The notes: a model not told the origin generated them from the sequence alone. 64,000 nt of DNA from Candidatus Dormiibacterota bacterium (GCA_036782775.1 DAIPYJ010000007.1:1082-65081); one strand, 5' to 3'. Counted from the first letter of the stretch, positions 1 to 9,608 are shown. Numbers and translations: made by a program.

Positions 1-171
1 GTCCGGCAGGGTGTACTCCATTTGCTTGAACCGGACATCGTGCATCCGGGCGGCATAGACGTGGCAGCCGACCAACTGCGCGCCAGTCGCCTTGGCCAGG
101 CGGACCGCCACCTCGATCGCGGCATTGGAATGGTCAGAGTTGTCGAGGGGCACATAGATCTTGCGGTACAC
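1..171 (-). CDS. universal stress protein (UspA family), N-terminal part; gene continues beyond window start
   Basis: Reverse-complement of 1-171 reads VYRKIYVPLDNSDHSNAAIEVAVRLAKATGAQLVGCHVYAARMH..., a typical Usp N-terminus. GTG start at 169-171 with GGAGGG RBS (plus-strand ccctcc at 178-183). Confidence 0.6.
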   Translation of the reverse strand, partial: MYRKIYVPLDNSDHSNAAIEVAVRLAKATGAQLVGCHVYAARMHDVRFKQMEYTLPD

Positions 172-270
172 CGCGCTTCCCTCCTACAGTGGCGCCCGAG
201 CTTGACTTGATATTGGCAGACCACGACTATCGCCGCAACGCCTGCCGATTCCATGATAGTGAGGGTCGGT

Positions 271-1197
271 CTAAGCTACCGCAAAAATTCCCCAGGCGCT
301 GCTCACGGACTGGCCGGGCTCCAACCGAATCAGGCCCAGGCCCGATTGGAAGGCGTTCGGGGCGCAGGTCATCGGCTCGAGCCCGAGACCCTTGCGGCGA
401 CGGGAAACGTCAGGGATGGTGTCCCCGGTGAACACCATTACGTAGCCATAGGCGCGATCCATCCACAGCGTGGTTTGGCGCCTCGTGTCTTCGCTCGCCG
501 CGACCAGCCGCGTCAAACCGTCGGCGTCCGGCACCAGGCTGGTAAAGGCGGTGTCGATGCGTGTTCCCCCGATGTGCCGCGGCTCGAGAAAGTCGAACTC
601 AGAATCCTTGACCTGGCTCAGCCGGCCGGTCGGGATTTGCCGTTCGTCGACGTCGATCGACAGCAGCGCCGGCAGCCGCATCGTCAGGGTGTCGATCCGG
701 TCGGTCCCCAGCGAGAGATATGGGTGCGCGCCGGCGCCATATGGGAGCGGCCGGTCGCCGGCATTGGTCGCGGTCGTGCGCACCGTCAACCCCTGATCGG
801 CCAGCGTGTATTCAATGGCAAGGTCGAGCGTGAACGGATAGCCCTCCTGGGGGTGAAGCAGCAGGCTCATCAATACGCGGTCCTCCGGATCGATGGCGCC
901 TTCCCAGTTCATCCAGCGGATGAGCCCGTGGATGGCGTTGTGCTGGGTGGGCTCCGTGATCGCTGTTTGGTACGAGGTCCCCATGAACTCGTATTTGCCG
1001 TCCTGCAGCCGGTTGGGCCAGGGAATCAGGGGCGCGCCGCGCGCCACCGTGCACATCTCGTTCTCCGGGTAGCCGTCGAGGATGTCGACGCCATTGACGG
1101 TGTAGGCCCGCAGGCCGGCGCCCACCTCGGTGATGACGGCTTCCTGCCTTCCGTGCCTGATTACGTATTGATGGCCGGAGGGCGGAGGGGAAGCCAT
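271..1197 (-). CDS. aldose 1-epimerase (galactose mutarotase) family protein
   Basis: The 320-aa ORF shows family-wide resemblance. The most plausible start is the ATG at 1195-1197 (MASPPPSGHQYV...), preceded by GGGAG. The 1233 start would overlap the divergent neighbour. Confidence 0.6.
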   Translation of the reverse strand: MASPPPSGHQYVIRHGRQEAVITEVGAGLRAYTVNGVDILDGYPENEMCTVARGAPLIPWPNRLQDGKYEFMGTSYQTAITEPTQHNAIHGLIRWMNWEGAIDPEDRVLMSLLLHPQEGYPFTLDLAIEYTLADQGLTVRTTATNAGDRPLPYGAGAHPYLSLGTDRIDTLTMRLPALLSIDVDERQIPTGRLSQVKDSEFDFLEPRHIGGTRIDTAFTSLVPDADGLTRLVAASEDTRRQTTLWMDRAYGYVMVFTGDTIPDVSRRRKGLGLEPMTCAPNAFQSGLGLIRLEPGQSVSSAWGIFAVA

Positions 1198-1606
1198 GAC
1201 GCTCCCGATAATAAGGATGATGGCGCGCCTCAAGCTCGGGTTGTTCGGGACGCCGCGCGACGAGCTGGCGGCGACCGTCGATGGAGACGTACCCGAATGG
1301 ATCGAGCGCCTCTACGACAGCTTCGGCGTCACCAGTGAGAATGCGCCGGCAAGCGCCTCAGTCCTGGCGCTTGGCGAGTCCCTCCACCATCGGCTTCGCA
1401 AGCTGGCCGTGTTGCTGGCGAAGATGGAATCGCTCGGTTGGACCATCGAGCCGCATCGTTGGGAGCTGTTGGCGGTCAACGAGGCCATCGACGATTTGGA
1501 GGCGCAGCAGCAACTCGAGGACGCAGGCGTCTGGATCATCGCCCGCCAGCACGCCCCGACCGATAAGGCGGGCAACGTCCGCTGGTCGCACGGGTTGATC
1601 CCATAA
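1196..1606 (+). CDS. hypothetical protein (136 aa); start uncertain (alternative ATG 1217/1220)
   Basis: Intact ORF with good codon usage and no recognisable domain. It is divergent from the epimerase, with overlapping 5' regions and a local AT-rich patch gataataagg. Confidence 0.35.
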   Translation: MTLPIIRMMARLKLGLFGTPRDELAATVDGDVPEWIERLYDSFGVTSENAPASASVLALGESLHHRLRKLAVLLAKMESLGWTIEPHRWELLAVNEAIDDLEAQQQLEDAGVWIIARQHAPTDKAGNVRWSHGLIP

Positions 1607-1653
1607 GCGAGCCCACCGGCGCCTTTTCCGAAACCACCGTCGATCCCGATCCC

Positions 1654-2220
1654 ATGAAGCAGTTCGCCGTTTGGTTCAAGGACGCCCAGGCCGCGGGAGA
1701 GATTCTTCCGGAGGCGATGACGCTCGCGACCGCTACGCAATCAGGGGCGCCGTCCGCGCGCATGGTCTTGCTGCGCGGCACCGACGAGCGGGGCTTCGGC
1801 TTTTTTACCAACTACGACAGCCAGAAGGGCCGGGAGCTGGCCGACAATCCGCAGGCGGCGCTCGTCATCTATTGGGGCAAGCTCGGCCGCCAGGTACGCA
1901 TCACCGGTTCGGTGGTCAGACAATCCACCGAGGAGTCCGAGGCCTACTTCCACAACCGGCCGGTCGCGAGCCAGATCAGTGCGGCGATATCTCCGCAAAG
2001 CCAGGTCGTCGAAAGCCGTCGGGACCTCGAGCAGCGAGCGGCCAAGCTTGCCGACAGATATAAGAATGGCGTCGTGCCGCTGCCCGCGAACTGGGGCGGC
2101 TACCGCCTCATCCCCGAAGCGATCGAATTCTGGGTCCACCGCGAGAACCGTCTCCACGATCGGCTGAGGTATGCAAAGAAGCCCGGCGGCGGCTGGACGA
2201 TCGAACGTCTTGCGCCCTAG
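1654..2220 (+). CDS. pdxH: pyridoxamine 5'-phosphate oxidase
   Basis: 188 aa with a PNPOx signature: the FMN-binding split-barrel N-half and C-terminal ...IEFWVHRENRLHDRLRY... motif. Confidence 0.8.
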   Translation: MKQFAVWFKDAQAAGEILPEAMTLATATQSGAPSARMVLLRGTDERGFGFFTNYDSQKGRELADNPQAALVIYWGKLGRQVRITGSVVRQSTEESEAYFHNRPVASQISAAISPQSQVVESRRDLEQRAAKLADRYKNGVVPLPANWGGYRLIPEAIEFWVHRENRLHDRLRYAKKPGGGWTIERLAP

Positions 2221-2225
2221 CACCC

Positions 2226-3578
2226 GTGGCACATTGGATCTCGCTTGTACTCCGGTTGATCGTCGTCGCCGGGCTGCTGTATTCCGTGCTTTTCGCCATC
2301 CGATGGCCTCCCGACGTTTGGACCGGTGCGCTTACGCTGGCCCATCGCTTTCCCTGGCTATACAGGCTGTGGCTCCGGCGACTCGCGAGAGAAGCATTTA
2401 GAGCTCAAAACTTCAAGATCGCACGCGATCTGGCGCGGGATGCGGTGCGCCTCCATCTCCACCCGATCAGCCACGTGTCGGCTTATGACCTGCTGTTTCT
2501 AGCCCAGGCGCTGTATCGATCCGCTCACTACCATGCCGCCGCGGCCTGGTTGTCGGTATTGGACGCTTCGACGACCGATGACTACCGCATGAAGCCGTCG
2601 ATTCTCTTGTTGAGCGCCTACGCGAATAGCGCTCTGGAGCGGCATTCAGCGGCTGAGTCGGCCGTTCGGCGCGCTGAGACAGTCCCGTTCGGTTGGGACC
2701 AGTGGTACGACCGTCGAAAGCTACGATCGGTCGCCAGTCGATGGGATCTTGCCATGGCAAAGGGATATGTGGCCTACGCCGCCAGGCGGTTCGATGACGC
2801 CTTGGCCTGCTTCCGCACGGCAATGGATCTGGCCGGCGAGCTCCGGCAGCATAAACAGCTTGCTACCTTGAACAACCTGGCGGCAGCAGCGACCGACGCG
2901 GGTGATCTTTCGGCAGCGGAGAAATACGTCGGGCAGGCCGATCGGCTGGGTGGGCGCGGCGCCTGGTCAGGACAGCAGCAGTTTCTGCGAACCGCAGCGC
3001 AGTTGAGGATCGCTCAGGGTCGCCATGCAGACGCTCGAGCGCTCATCGACGCGATGGTGGCTTCCGGTCGGCCGACTCCAGCGGTTCGCGTACTTGCCGC
3101 CGAAGTGGCACTCGCCGATGGCTCGACGAAGGAGGCTCTCCAGCAACTCAGCGATCTCACGCCGCAGCAGCTTGATCCGTTCTCACGTGATCACGCCGCC
3201 ACCTTGCTCGAGCAGCTCGGGCGAATTGAGGCCCAAAACGAATCTCCTGAGACGGTTAAGGAGCTGTTCAACCGCGCTGCGGCCCTTCGGCTTCCGCCAC
3301 CGGCGCCAACGATAGCCCCCGAAGACCAGCTGCTGAAAGAAAGTCGCCGAGTACTCGCTGGGCGAAAATTCGCGCCCCTGGATCCGGCCAGAGCCGTCAT
3401 TCTTGCTGGTTGGCTCTATTTCACCTTTGGGCTATTCGGGTCGGTCCTATTTCCATGGGACCCACCGCTTCCCCTGGTCATTGCACAAGCCGGCCTGCTG
3501 ATTTTCTGGAAACGAGCCGCCCGCCCCGTCAATCGCATCTTGCTCGGCGCTAGACCGGTCAGACAGGAGACGCCATAA
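2226..3578 (+). CDS. membrane protein with TPR-like helical repeats (hypothetical)
   Basis: 450 aa. It has an N-terminal TM helix (LVLRLIVVAGLLYSVLFAI), C-terminal TM helices, and a central repetitive Ala/Leu-rich helical region. Confidence 0.5.
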   Translation: MAHWISLVLRLIVVAGLLYSVLFAIRWPPDVWTGALTLAHRFPWLYRLWLRRLAREAFRAQNFKIARDLARDAVRLHLHPISHVSAYDLLFLAQALYRSAHYHAAAAWLSVLDASTTDDYRMKPSILLLSAYANSALERHSAAESAVRRAETVPFGWDQWYDRRKLRSVASRWDLAMAKGYVAYAARRFDDALACFRTAMDLAGELRQHKQLATLNNLAAAATDAGDLSAAEKYVGQADRLGGRGAWSGQQQFLRTAAQLRIAQGRHADARALIDAMVASGRPTPAVRVLAAEVALADGSTKEALQQLSDLTPQQLDPFSRDHAATLLEQLGRIEAQNESPETVKELFNRAAALRLPPPAPTIAPEDQLLKESRRVLAGRKFAPLDPARAVILAGWLYFTFGLFGSVLFPWDPPLPLVIAQAGLLIFWKRAARPVNRILLGARPVRQETP

Positions 3579-3584
3579 GCAAAA

Positions 3585-3605
3585 GCCCCGGCGCGATGCC
3601 GGGGC
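3585..3605. terminator. bidirectional intrinsic terminator hairpin between convergent genes
   Basis: GCCCCGGC-gcgat-GCCGGGGC forms a perfect 8-bp GC stem, preceded by AAAA on the plus strand. Confidence 0.6.
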
Positions 3606-3619
3606 TCGAGGGGGAGTGC

Positions 3620-4237
3620 CTACTTGTTGCGGTAGGCGATGATCGCCGCGTCGAAGTTGTGCGAGGCGTCGTAGCGACCGGCTGCGGCCAGGCGCATTCC
3701 GGCGTGGATGTCGCTCAGCTGGCCCGCCTGGCGCTGCTTCTTGCCCGTGATCTCGAAGTACTTCGTGTTGCTATTGACGGTGATCAGCAGATCCTTGCCG
3801 TCCCGAGTGCGAATCATGATCGAGTTGCCGTTTACGGCCTGGACAGTGCCAGCCACGCGAACCCGGCCGATACGAACCCGATTCGCGTAGAGCTTGCCGT
3901 CCTTCTCGCTGAAGCGCACCGCGACGTGACTGTTGACTTCGATCTCCGACCAGCGTGCAATCCGGCCATCGATGACGACTACTGTCTTATCCGTCGAAAG
4001 AAATGTCTTGCTGCCGGCCTTCGCGTTCTTTACCGTCAACTGGGTGTCGTTGATCGCCGTCACAGTCCCGCCGAAGAGATCTTTCCGCGCCTTCGCCGCC
4101 GCCTTCGCCTTGGGAGCTGCCGTCGCCGATGGCGTCCCCCCCGGAGCCGCCAGCACGCCCGTCGTGAGCGCACCGGCCAGCACGCCCGCCGTCACGAGTC
4201 CTGCCACCGCCTTACCGATGAGTGCCTTGCCGAACAT
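3620..4237 (-). CDS. secreted or lipid-anchored hypothetical protein
   Basis: 205 aa. It has an N-terminal signal/TM segment and Ala/Lys-rich linker, then a beta-rich domain. Confidence 0.45.
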   Translation of the reverse strand: MFGKALIGKAVAGLVTAGVLAGALTTGVLAAPGGTPSATAAPKAKAAAKARKDLFGGTVTAINDTQLTVKNAKAGSKTFLSTDKTVVVIDGRIARWSEIEVNSHVAVRFSEKDGKLYANRVRIGRVRVAGTVQAVNGNSIMIRTRDGKDLLITVNSNTKYFEITGKKQRQAGQLSDIHAGMRLAAAGRYDASHNFDAAIIAYRNK

Positions 4238-4390
4238 GTGTCTTTCGACCTCCTGGTTAATTCGCTTCGATTTGCGCCGCTTTCGACGAGGCCATCGTCG
4301 CGCCGGCGGCTGAAGGAATTGGCAGGAACGCCTTAGAGGTCGCTGAGACCGAAGGAAAGGGAGGACCCTTTCGGATCCTCCCTCTTGCGA

Positions 4391-5416
4391 CTAGTGGAAG
4401 TACTCGCTCATCGCGGTCGCGTTGGCCGCCTCGCCGAGCGCGCTCAGGCTCCAGGCGTCCTCAATGGTGCGCAGCAGGCTGTAATGTGTTTCGTTAATGG
4501 TCGAGCGCAGCCCGACCACCACGTTCGGGGCAATCACCAGCGTTGCCACTTGACCACCCGCGGCGTTGCCGCAGCATCCGGCGCTGGTTGAGCCCTCGTC
4601 CCAGGTGATCAGCAGGACGCCGCCGTTCTGGAACGCGGATGACCCGAGGATGCTGGGCACGACGCTGGCGAGCCAGGCATCACCGGTCGCAACCGAGCAA
4701 TCGTGCATGTCGTTACACATGTTGGGAGTGATCCACGAAAAGTTCGGGACGGTGTTGGCGGCGAGGTCGGCACCGAACTGGCTGAAGGGAACGACGTGGG
4801 TGCTGCAGCGCGCCGCGTTGGTCCGGATGTCGTCGTAATAGATGAAGGGATCGTGCTTCTGCATGTACGGATAGGCATCGCCGACGAAGCAGCTGGACGG
4901 CATGCTCTCCATGTAGGCCTTCCAGGAGCGTCCGCTCGCCTCGATCTGGTCGGACAGGTTGGTCGAGTTGACAAAGCAGGTGGTGCAATCTGTCCCAATC
5001 CCAAACGTGCTACCGGCCGTCAGCGCGAGGTAGTTGGGAAGACTCGGATGACTGATGGCGAAGTAGTTGGCGGCCAGCGCCTGTCCATTCGCCAGGCTGT
5101 TGATGTACGGGGCGGCTCCGTTGCCAACGATGCTGGCTGCCTCTTCGTTCTCCATCACGATAACGAAGACGTGCGAAAAATTTGGTACCGCGCCTGACGC
5201 CGAGGGTATCGGCGTTGGTGTGGGCGTTGGTGTTGGTGTCGGCGTGGGAGTTGGCGTTGCGGTCACCGTTGGCGTCGGCGTTGGGCCAGGGCGATGGTGT
5301 TTCTGCCAGCCCGGCGAGGCATTGTGGCCTTGCGCTTCGGCGCTGAGGGTCGCCAGCGAGAGACTCGCGAGAAGGACGGCGGAAACGACGGCTGTGACGG
5401 CAAGTGTCCGCTTCAT
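4391..5416 (-). CDS. secreted phosphoesterase-family protein (PLC/acid-phosphatase AcpA-like) with Pro-Thr linker
   Basis: Signal peptide, then a (PT)n linker, then VFVIVMENEE...HPSLPNYLALTAGST... The fold resembles PF04185 phosphoesterases, but the canonical ENRSFDHYFG motif is replaced. Confidence 0.45.
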   Translation of the reverse strand: MKRTLAVTAVVSAVLLASLSLATLSAEAQGHNASPGWQKHHRPGPTPTPTVTATPTPTPTPTPTPTPTPIPSASGAVPNFSHVFVIVMENEEAASIVGNGAAPYINSLANGQALAANYFAISHPSLPNYLALTAGSTFGIGTDCTTCFVNSTNLSDQIEASGRSWKAYMESMPSSCFVGDAYPYMQKHDPFIYYDDIRTNAARCSTHVVPFSQFGADLAANTVPNFSWITPNMCNDMHDCSVATGDAWLASVVPSILGSSAFQNGGVLLITWDEGSTSAGCCGNAAGGQVATLVIAPNVVVGLRSTINETHYSLLRTIEDAWSLSALGEAANATAMSEYFH

Positions 5417-5724
5417 CCGCCCACCCTATGGGCCGGTTTCTAGTCCGACAATCGAATGCCTTTATAGCTTCGAGGAGCGGCCTGCTGACCGAAAACCGCG
5501 GCCAGCGAATGTCATGTTGCACGCTCCGCGATCCGCCGGAGCCTCTGCGTAAACGGAGACAAATCGGGCCTTAACGGCTCCTTTGCCAATCCGAAACCGC
5601 GCGACAACGAGGCGGGCGTGGCACGGGTTGCCGTTTGTGCCGACGAGATTGCCATTTTGAAGGTCCTGTTACGGCGCGGATCACGTTACGTGCTCCGTAG
5701 CTTTGCGACCCTATCGTCGGGCGC

Positions 5725-6909
5725 GTGGGGTCTCCGATCGCGCTTCATCTGGCGGACACCGAGAGCCTGCCCGAGCCGTTGGAGGCCGACGACCGAAGCT
5801 TGGCCGGTGATTACGGCCCGATCACCTCGCTCCTGAACGACGACGGCATCAGCGAGGTGATGGTCAACGGCCCCTCGCAGGTCTATGTCGAGCGGAAGGG
5901 TCAGCTGACGCTGACCGACGTCACCTTCTCCTCGAACGACGAGCTGATCCGGGTGATTCGGGAGATCGCCGCCTTCGTCGGGCGCCGGATCGACGAAGAC
6001 TCCCCGATGGTCGACTGCCGGCTGCCGGACGGATCCCGGGTCAACGCGATCATCCCGCCGCTCGCCATCGACGGGGCGTCCTTGACCATCCGCAAGTTTG
6101 CCAAGGACCCGTACACCGTCCAGGACCTGATCAGCTTTGGGACCTTGACGGCCGAGGCCGCCGGCTTCCTCGAGGCGTGCGTCAAAGCGCATTTCAACGT
6201 CCTGGTCGCCGGCGGCACCGGGTCCGGCAAAACCACCACGCTCAACGTGCTTTCGTCGTTCATCCCCGACAACGAACGCGTCGTCACCATCGAGGATGCC
6301 GCCGAACTGCAGCTGAGGCAGCCGCACAAGGTGCGCCTGGAGTCGCGTCCGGCGCGCATCGACGGCAGCGGCCGGATCTCAATCCGCGACCTGGTCGTCA
6401 ACTCGCTGCGGATGCGGCCCGACCGCATTGTCATCGGCGAGTGCCGCAGCGGCGAAGCCCTCGACATGCTGCAGGCGATGAACACCGGCCATGACGGCTC
6501 CCTGACCACCATCCACGCGAACTCGCCGCGCGACACGCTGGCGCGGCTGGAGACCCTGGTGCTGATGTCCGGCGTCGATCTGCCGCAGCGCGCCATCCGG
6601 GAGCAGATCGCCTCTGCCATCCACATGATCGTTCAGCAGTCGCGCTTGCGCGATGGCTCGCGGCGCATCACGAACATCACGGAGATCGTCGGCCGCGAAG
6701 GCGACACGATCACCCTTCAGGACGTCTTCCTCTTCGAGGAGAACGGCCTCGATGGCAACGGGCGTATCCAGGGCAAGCTGAGCCCGACCGGCATCCGACC
6801 GAACGCGATGGCGAAGATCTACTCCAAGAAGGTGGCGATCTCACCGGCGCTCGCCGCCCTCTTCCCCGACCGCAAGGCGCCGGATTTTACTTTGGGGGTG
6901 CGCCGATGA
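5725..6909 (+). CDS. cpaF: CpaF/TadA-family secretion ATPase (Flp/Tad pilus or T2/T4 secretion ATPase), orphan
   Basis: T2SSE domain with Walker A AGGTGSGKTT, plus the Asp box and His box (HANSPRDTLARL). The start may lie further upstream in frame. Confidence 0.75.
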   Translation: MGSPIALHLADTESLPEPLEADDRSLAGDYGPITSLLNDDGISEVMVNGPSQVYVERKGQLTLTDVTFSSNDELIRVIREIAAFVGRRIDEDSPMVDCRLPDGSRVNAIIPPLAIDGASLTIRKFAKDPYTVQDLISFGTLTAEAAGFLEACVKAHFNVLVAGGTGSGKTTTLNVLSSFIPDNERVVTIEDAAELQLRQPHKVRLESRPARIDGSGRISIRDLVVNSLRMRPDRIVIGECRSGEALDMLQAMNTGHDGSLTTIHANSPRDTLARLETLVLMSGVDLPQRAIREQIASAIHMIVQQSRLRDGSRRITNITEIVGREGDTITLQDVFLFEENGLDGNGRIQGKLSPTGIRPNAMAKIYSKKVAISPALAALFPDRKAPDFTLGVRR

Positions 6910-7205
6910 TCGCCGATCACAGCGAGCCGATCGACACCGAGACCGTTCGCGACATCGCTGCCGACCTGCGTGGCGAGCTCGACCGGGTCCAGGAGCAGAT
7001 GGCCGAGCTGACCAAGGAGCACAAGCGGGCGGTCGCGCTCAAGCACATCTTCGGGGTGGACCCGCTGACCCGCGACCGCTTCAACCATCTGCATACCCAC
7101 ATCGACCAGTACCCCGGCAAGATGGCGGAGCTGCGCGAGGAAGAGCGATTGCTGTCCCGCTGGCTTGACCGTTGCCGCGATCTGATTCAGCCGAAAGCCG
7201 CCTAA
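6906..7205 (+). CDS. small hypothetical protein translationally coupled to the CpaF-like ATPase
   Basis: ATGA stop/start overlap at 6906-6909. It encodes a 99-aa charged helical protein with no TM. Confidence 0.4.
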   Translation: MIADHSEPIDTETVRDIAADLRGELDRVQEQMAELTKEHKRAVALKHIFGVDPLTRDRFNHLHTHIDQYPGKMAELREEERLLSRWLDRCRDLIQPKAA

Positions 7206-7314
7206 CCGAAGCACGATCTGACAGCCACCCTGGGCTATTCCTTGACAACCGCGCGTTCAAGATGCTTTGTTTGTAGGCAGGGTCAGAGCTGGGGTTCTTG
7301 CGGAGGGCTCAATC

Positions 7315-8922
7315 GTGAAACGAACGTTCCTTGCCATTGTTTCTCTAGCCACGCTCGCCGTTGCGGCGCTTCCGGTCAGCGTGTTGGCGGACACGATCGC
7401 CACGGACATGGCGGCACCCGTTCCGGCCGGCTCGGGACAAGGCGGACCCGGCGGTGGCGGTCCCGGTCCCGGTGGCGGTCCGGGCGGTGGGGGAGGGATG
7501 TTCCCGCCGGCCCCGCCGTACGTTTCGGCATCCTGCCATGGGCCAAATAACGATGGAACGGTGTACGCCAGCCAGGAAGACACCTGCACCTTGATCGCCA
7601 GCGGCATCCTTCATTCGAGCAACCGGCTGATCGTGATCCCGAACGGCCCGATGGGTGGCGAATCGATCAGGGGTTGTGGAGCAAGCTCAGGACTGACCAT
7701 GGCAACGGAGAACTTCGAACGGCAGGGTTTTGATCCGGTTTCCTGTAGCTTCACGGTCCTGAGCGGCGTTACGGTGTTCCCAGGCGAGGTCGTCGGCAGC
7801 GAGCGCTTCACGATCGATGCCTTCACCTCGCCCGGCGCGATCGTCAGGTTGGCGGTCAACGGTTGCAGTGACGGGCCCGGGAGCGCTTGCGGCGGAACCG
7901 TTGAGGTCACCGCTGGTGGTCCAGGCGGCGTTGTCAGCAGCGATCCACCCTTCAGCGTCTCCATGATCCGGGCAACCGCCAGCGAAGGGCAGCCATTCAG
8001 CGGCGCGGTCGCGCGGATCTCCGACGCCGATCCGACCGCGTCGTCCTCTGAATACGTCGCGGATATCTCCTGGGGCGACGCGACACCGCAAGTGCAAGCC
8101 AGCCTGGACGGTTGGAATATTTCCGGCAGCCACATCTATCTCGAAGAGGGAACCTATTTCGTCACCGTGACCGTGACCGACCGGGACCTCGACCACACCA
8201 TCTCCGTTTCCGATTGGTCCGTCACGGTCGCCGATGCACCGCTCCATCCCAGTGGTACGAGCAGTGCATCGAATGGCACAAGCATTGCCAGCACCAATCC
8301 ATTAACCGCGACGCTAGCGAGCTTCTCCGATGACGATCCGAATGGCACGGTCGCGGACTACACCGCCACGGTCAACTGGGGTGACGGCATGACTTCCGCT
8401 GGCAACGTCCAACCTGGTGCGACCGGATTCGACGTCCTCGGCGGCCACAGTTACGCCGCCCTTGGGCCTTACACGGTGATGGTGCATGTCTGCGACGTCG
8501 GCGGCGCCTGCATGGACACGAGAGCGAACGTGCTCGTCTTCGCCCCCACCTCGGGTGGCAACTTCGTGATCGGCGATGGCAACACGACGGCCGGCTCGAG
8601 TGTGACCTTCTGGGACGCGCAATGGGCGACGTCTAATAGCCTCTCGGGCGGGGCAGCACCGGCTGACTTCAAGGGCTTTGCCGACAGCCCGAACGGCCTC
8701 CCTTCCTGCGGTGATACCTGGTCGACGACGCCCGGGAACAGCGCGCATCCACCCGACACGGTACCGAGCTACACCGCGATGATCATGACCAGCGCCGTGA
8801 CAAGCGATTCGGCGCGCATCTCGGGAACGGGCGGGAAAATCGTGAGCGTAAAAACCGATCCAGGATATGCCTCGGATCCCGGGCATATCGGGACGGGGAC
8901 GATCGTCGCCGTGCTCTGCTAG
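7315..8922 (+). CDS. secreted Gly/Pro-rich protein with tandem PKD-like domains
   Basis: GGAGGG RBS, then GTG at 7315. Signal peptide VKRTFLAIVSLATLAVAALPVSVLA, then a (GGP)n region. Two PKD-type repeats follow: ...ISWGDATP...GSHIYLEEGTYFVTVTVTDRD and ...VNWGDGMTS...GGHSYAALGPYTVMVHVCD. Confidence 0.65.
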   Translation: MKRTFLAIVSLATLAVAALPVSVLADTIATDMAAPVPAGSGQGGPGGGGPGPGGGPGGGGGMFPPAPPYVSASCHGPNNDGTVYASQEDTCTLIASGILHSSNRLIVIPNGPMGGESIRGCGASSGLTMATENFERQGFDPVSCSFTVLSGVTVFPGEVVGSERFTIDAFTSPGAIVRLAVNGCSDGPGSACGGTVEVTAGGPGGVVSSDPPFSVSMIRATASEGQPFSGAVARISDADPTASSSEYVADISWGDATPQVQASLDGWNISGSHIYLEEGTYFVTVTVTDRDLDHTISVSDWSVTVADAPLHPSGTSSASNGTSIASTNPLTATLASFSDDDPNGTVADYTATVNWGDGMTSAGNVQPGATGFDVLGGHSYAALGPYTVMVHVCDVGGACMDTRANVLVFAPTSGGNFVIGDGNTTAGSSVTFWDAQWATSNSLSGGAAPADFKGFADSPNGLPSCGDTWSTTPGNSAHPPDTVPSYTAMIMTSAVTSDSARISGTGGKIVSVKTDPGYASDPGHIGTGTIVAVLC

Positions 8923-9608
8923 ATCTCGACCGCGCGCACGATGAAGTCGCGGCTGCCGTCCCAGGTCCAGCAGGTTTGCAGCGTCAGGGTCGATTGGGCG
9001 GTGGAGCCCAGCGGCCAGAGCTGCGTGTTGCTGACGATGGTGGTTGACGTCACCCGATAGGTGTGCACTCGGCCCGATGGGTCGCCGTACTCGACGATGT
9101 CACCGGCGTGCAGCGCCAGGATGGGCGTGAAGATCCCCGGGTTGTGCGCCATCACATAGATGTTGTTGGCGCCGGCGCAGCTCCAGCGCCAGGTGCCCCA
9201 CCGCGGGACGGCGGCCCGTCCCAAACAGTCGCTGTACCAGCCCACTGGTTGATTGAGGCCAAGGCGAGGAATCACGATGTTGTTGGCGTGGACGGCGGCC
9301 GGAGCCGGACGAGCGGGAGCAGGGGCGGCAGGCGCAGTGGAGATCGGGGCGACACCCGGCGCCGAAACGGCTGGCGATGATGTCACCAGGGCCGCGACCA
9401 CCGTCGAGGCCGCCAGGGCGCTGGCTTGCCGCTGGACGAGCTGGCGGACGATCTGCCGCTCGCTTACTACCAGGCCGGCGTCCTTGACGCCGCGAGCGGC
9501 CTGGGGCGCGGCCGACGCTGGATGAGAGAGCAAGAGAGGGACGGTCATCAACCACAGCGCGATGCCTCCCAGCAGCGGAGCGCGCCAGCGACGCCAGACC
9601 TTGCCCAT
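8919..9608 (-). CDS. sortase-family transpeptidase (class E/F-like)
   Basis: N-terminal membrane anchor, then Ala/Pro linker and the catalytic region ...NIYVMAHNPGIF...LHAGDIVEY...HTYRV...TLTLQTC (TLxTC Cys motif). Confidence 0.7.
   Translation of the reverse strand: MGKVWRRWRAPLLGGIALWLMTVPLLLSHPASAAPQAARGVKDAGLVVSERQIVRQLVQRQASALAASTVVAALVTSSPAVSAPGVAPISTAPAAPAPARPAPAAVHANNIVIPRLGLNQPVGWYSDCLGRAAVPRWGTWRWSCAGANNIYVMAHNPGIFTPILALHAGDIVEYGDPSGRVHTYRVTSTTIVSNTQLWPLGSTAQSTLTLQTCWTWDGSRDFIVRAVEI

Noticed and set aside
5619-5640. TGGCAC...TTGCC resembling a sigma54 -24/-12 promoter upstream of the CpaF-like gene
   Set aside because: The spacing between the GG and GC elements is 2 nt too short for the TGGCAC-N5-TTGCW consensus, and no enhancer-binding protein gene is nearby.
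7242-7280. TTGACA hexamer upstream of the PKD gene as a -35 box
   Set aside because: There is no acceptable -10 hexamer at 16-19 nt spacing (gatgct is at 13 nt, taggca is poor), so a promoter call is not supported.
7430-7500. (GGN)n repeat ggcggacccggcggtggcggtcccggtccc...
   Set aside because: It is in frame inside the PKD protein, where it encodes a Gly/Pro-rich linker. It is not an independent repeat element or a CRISPR array.
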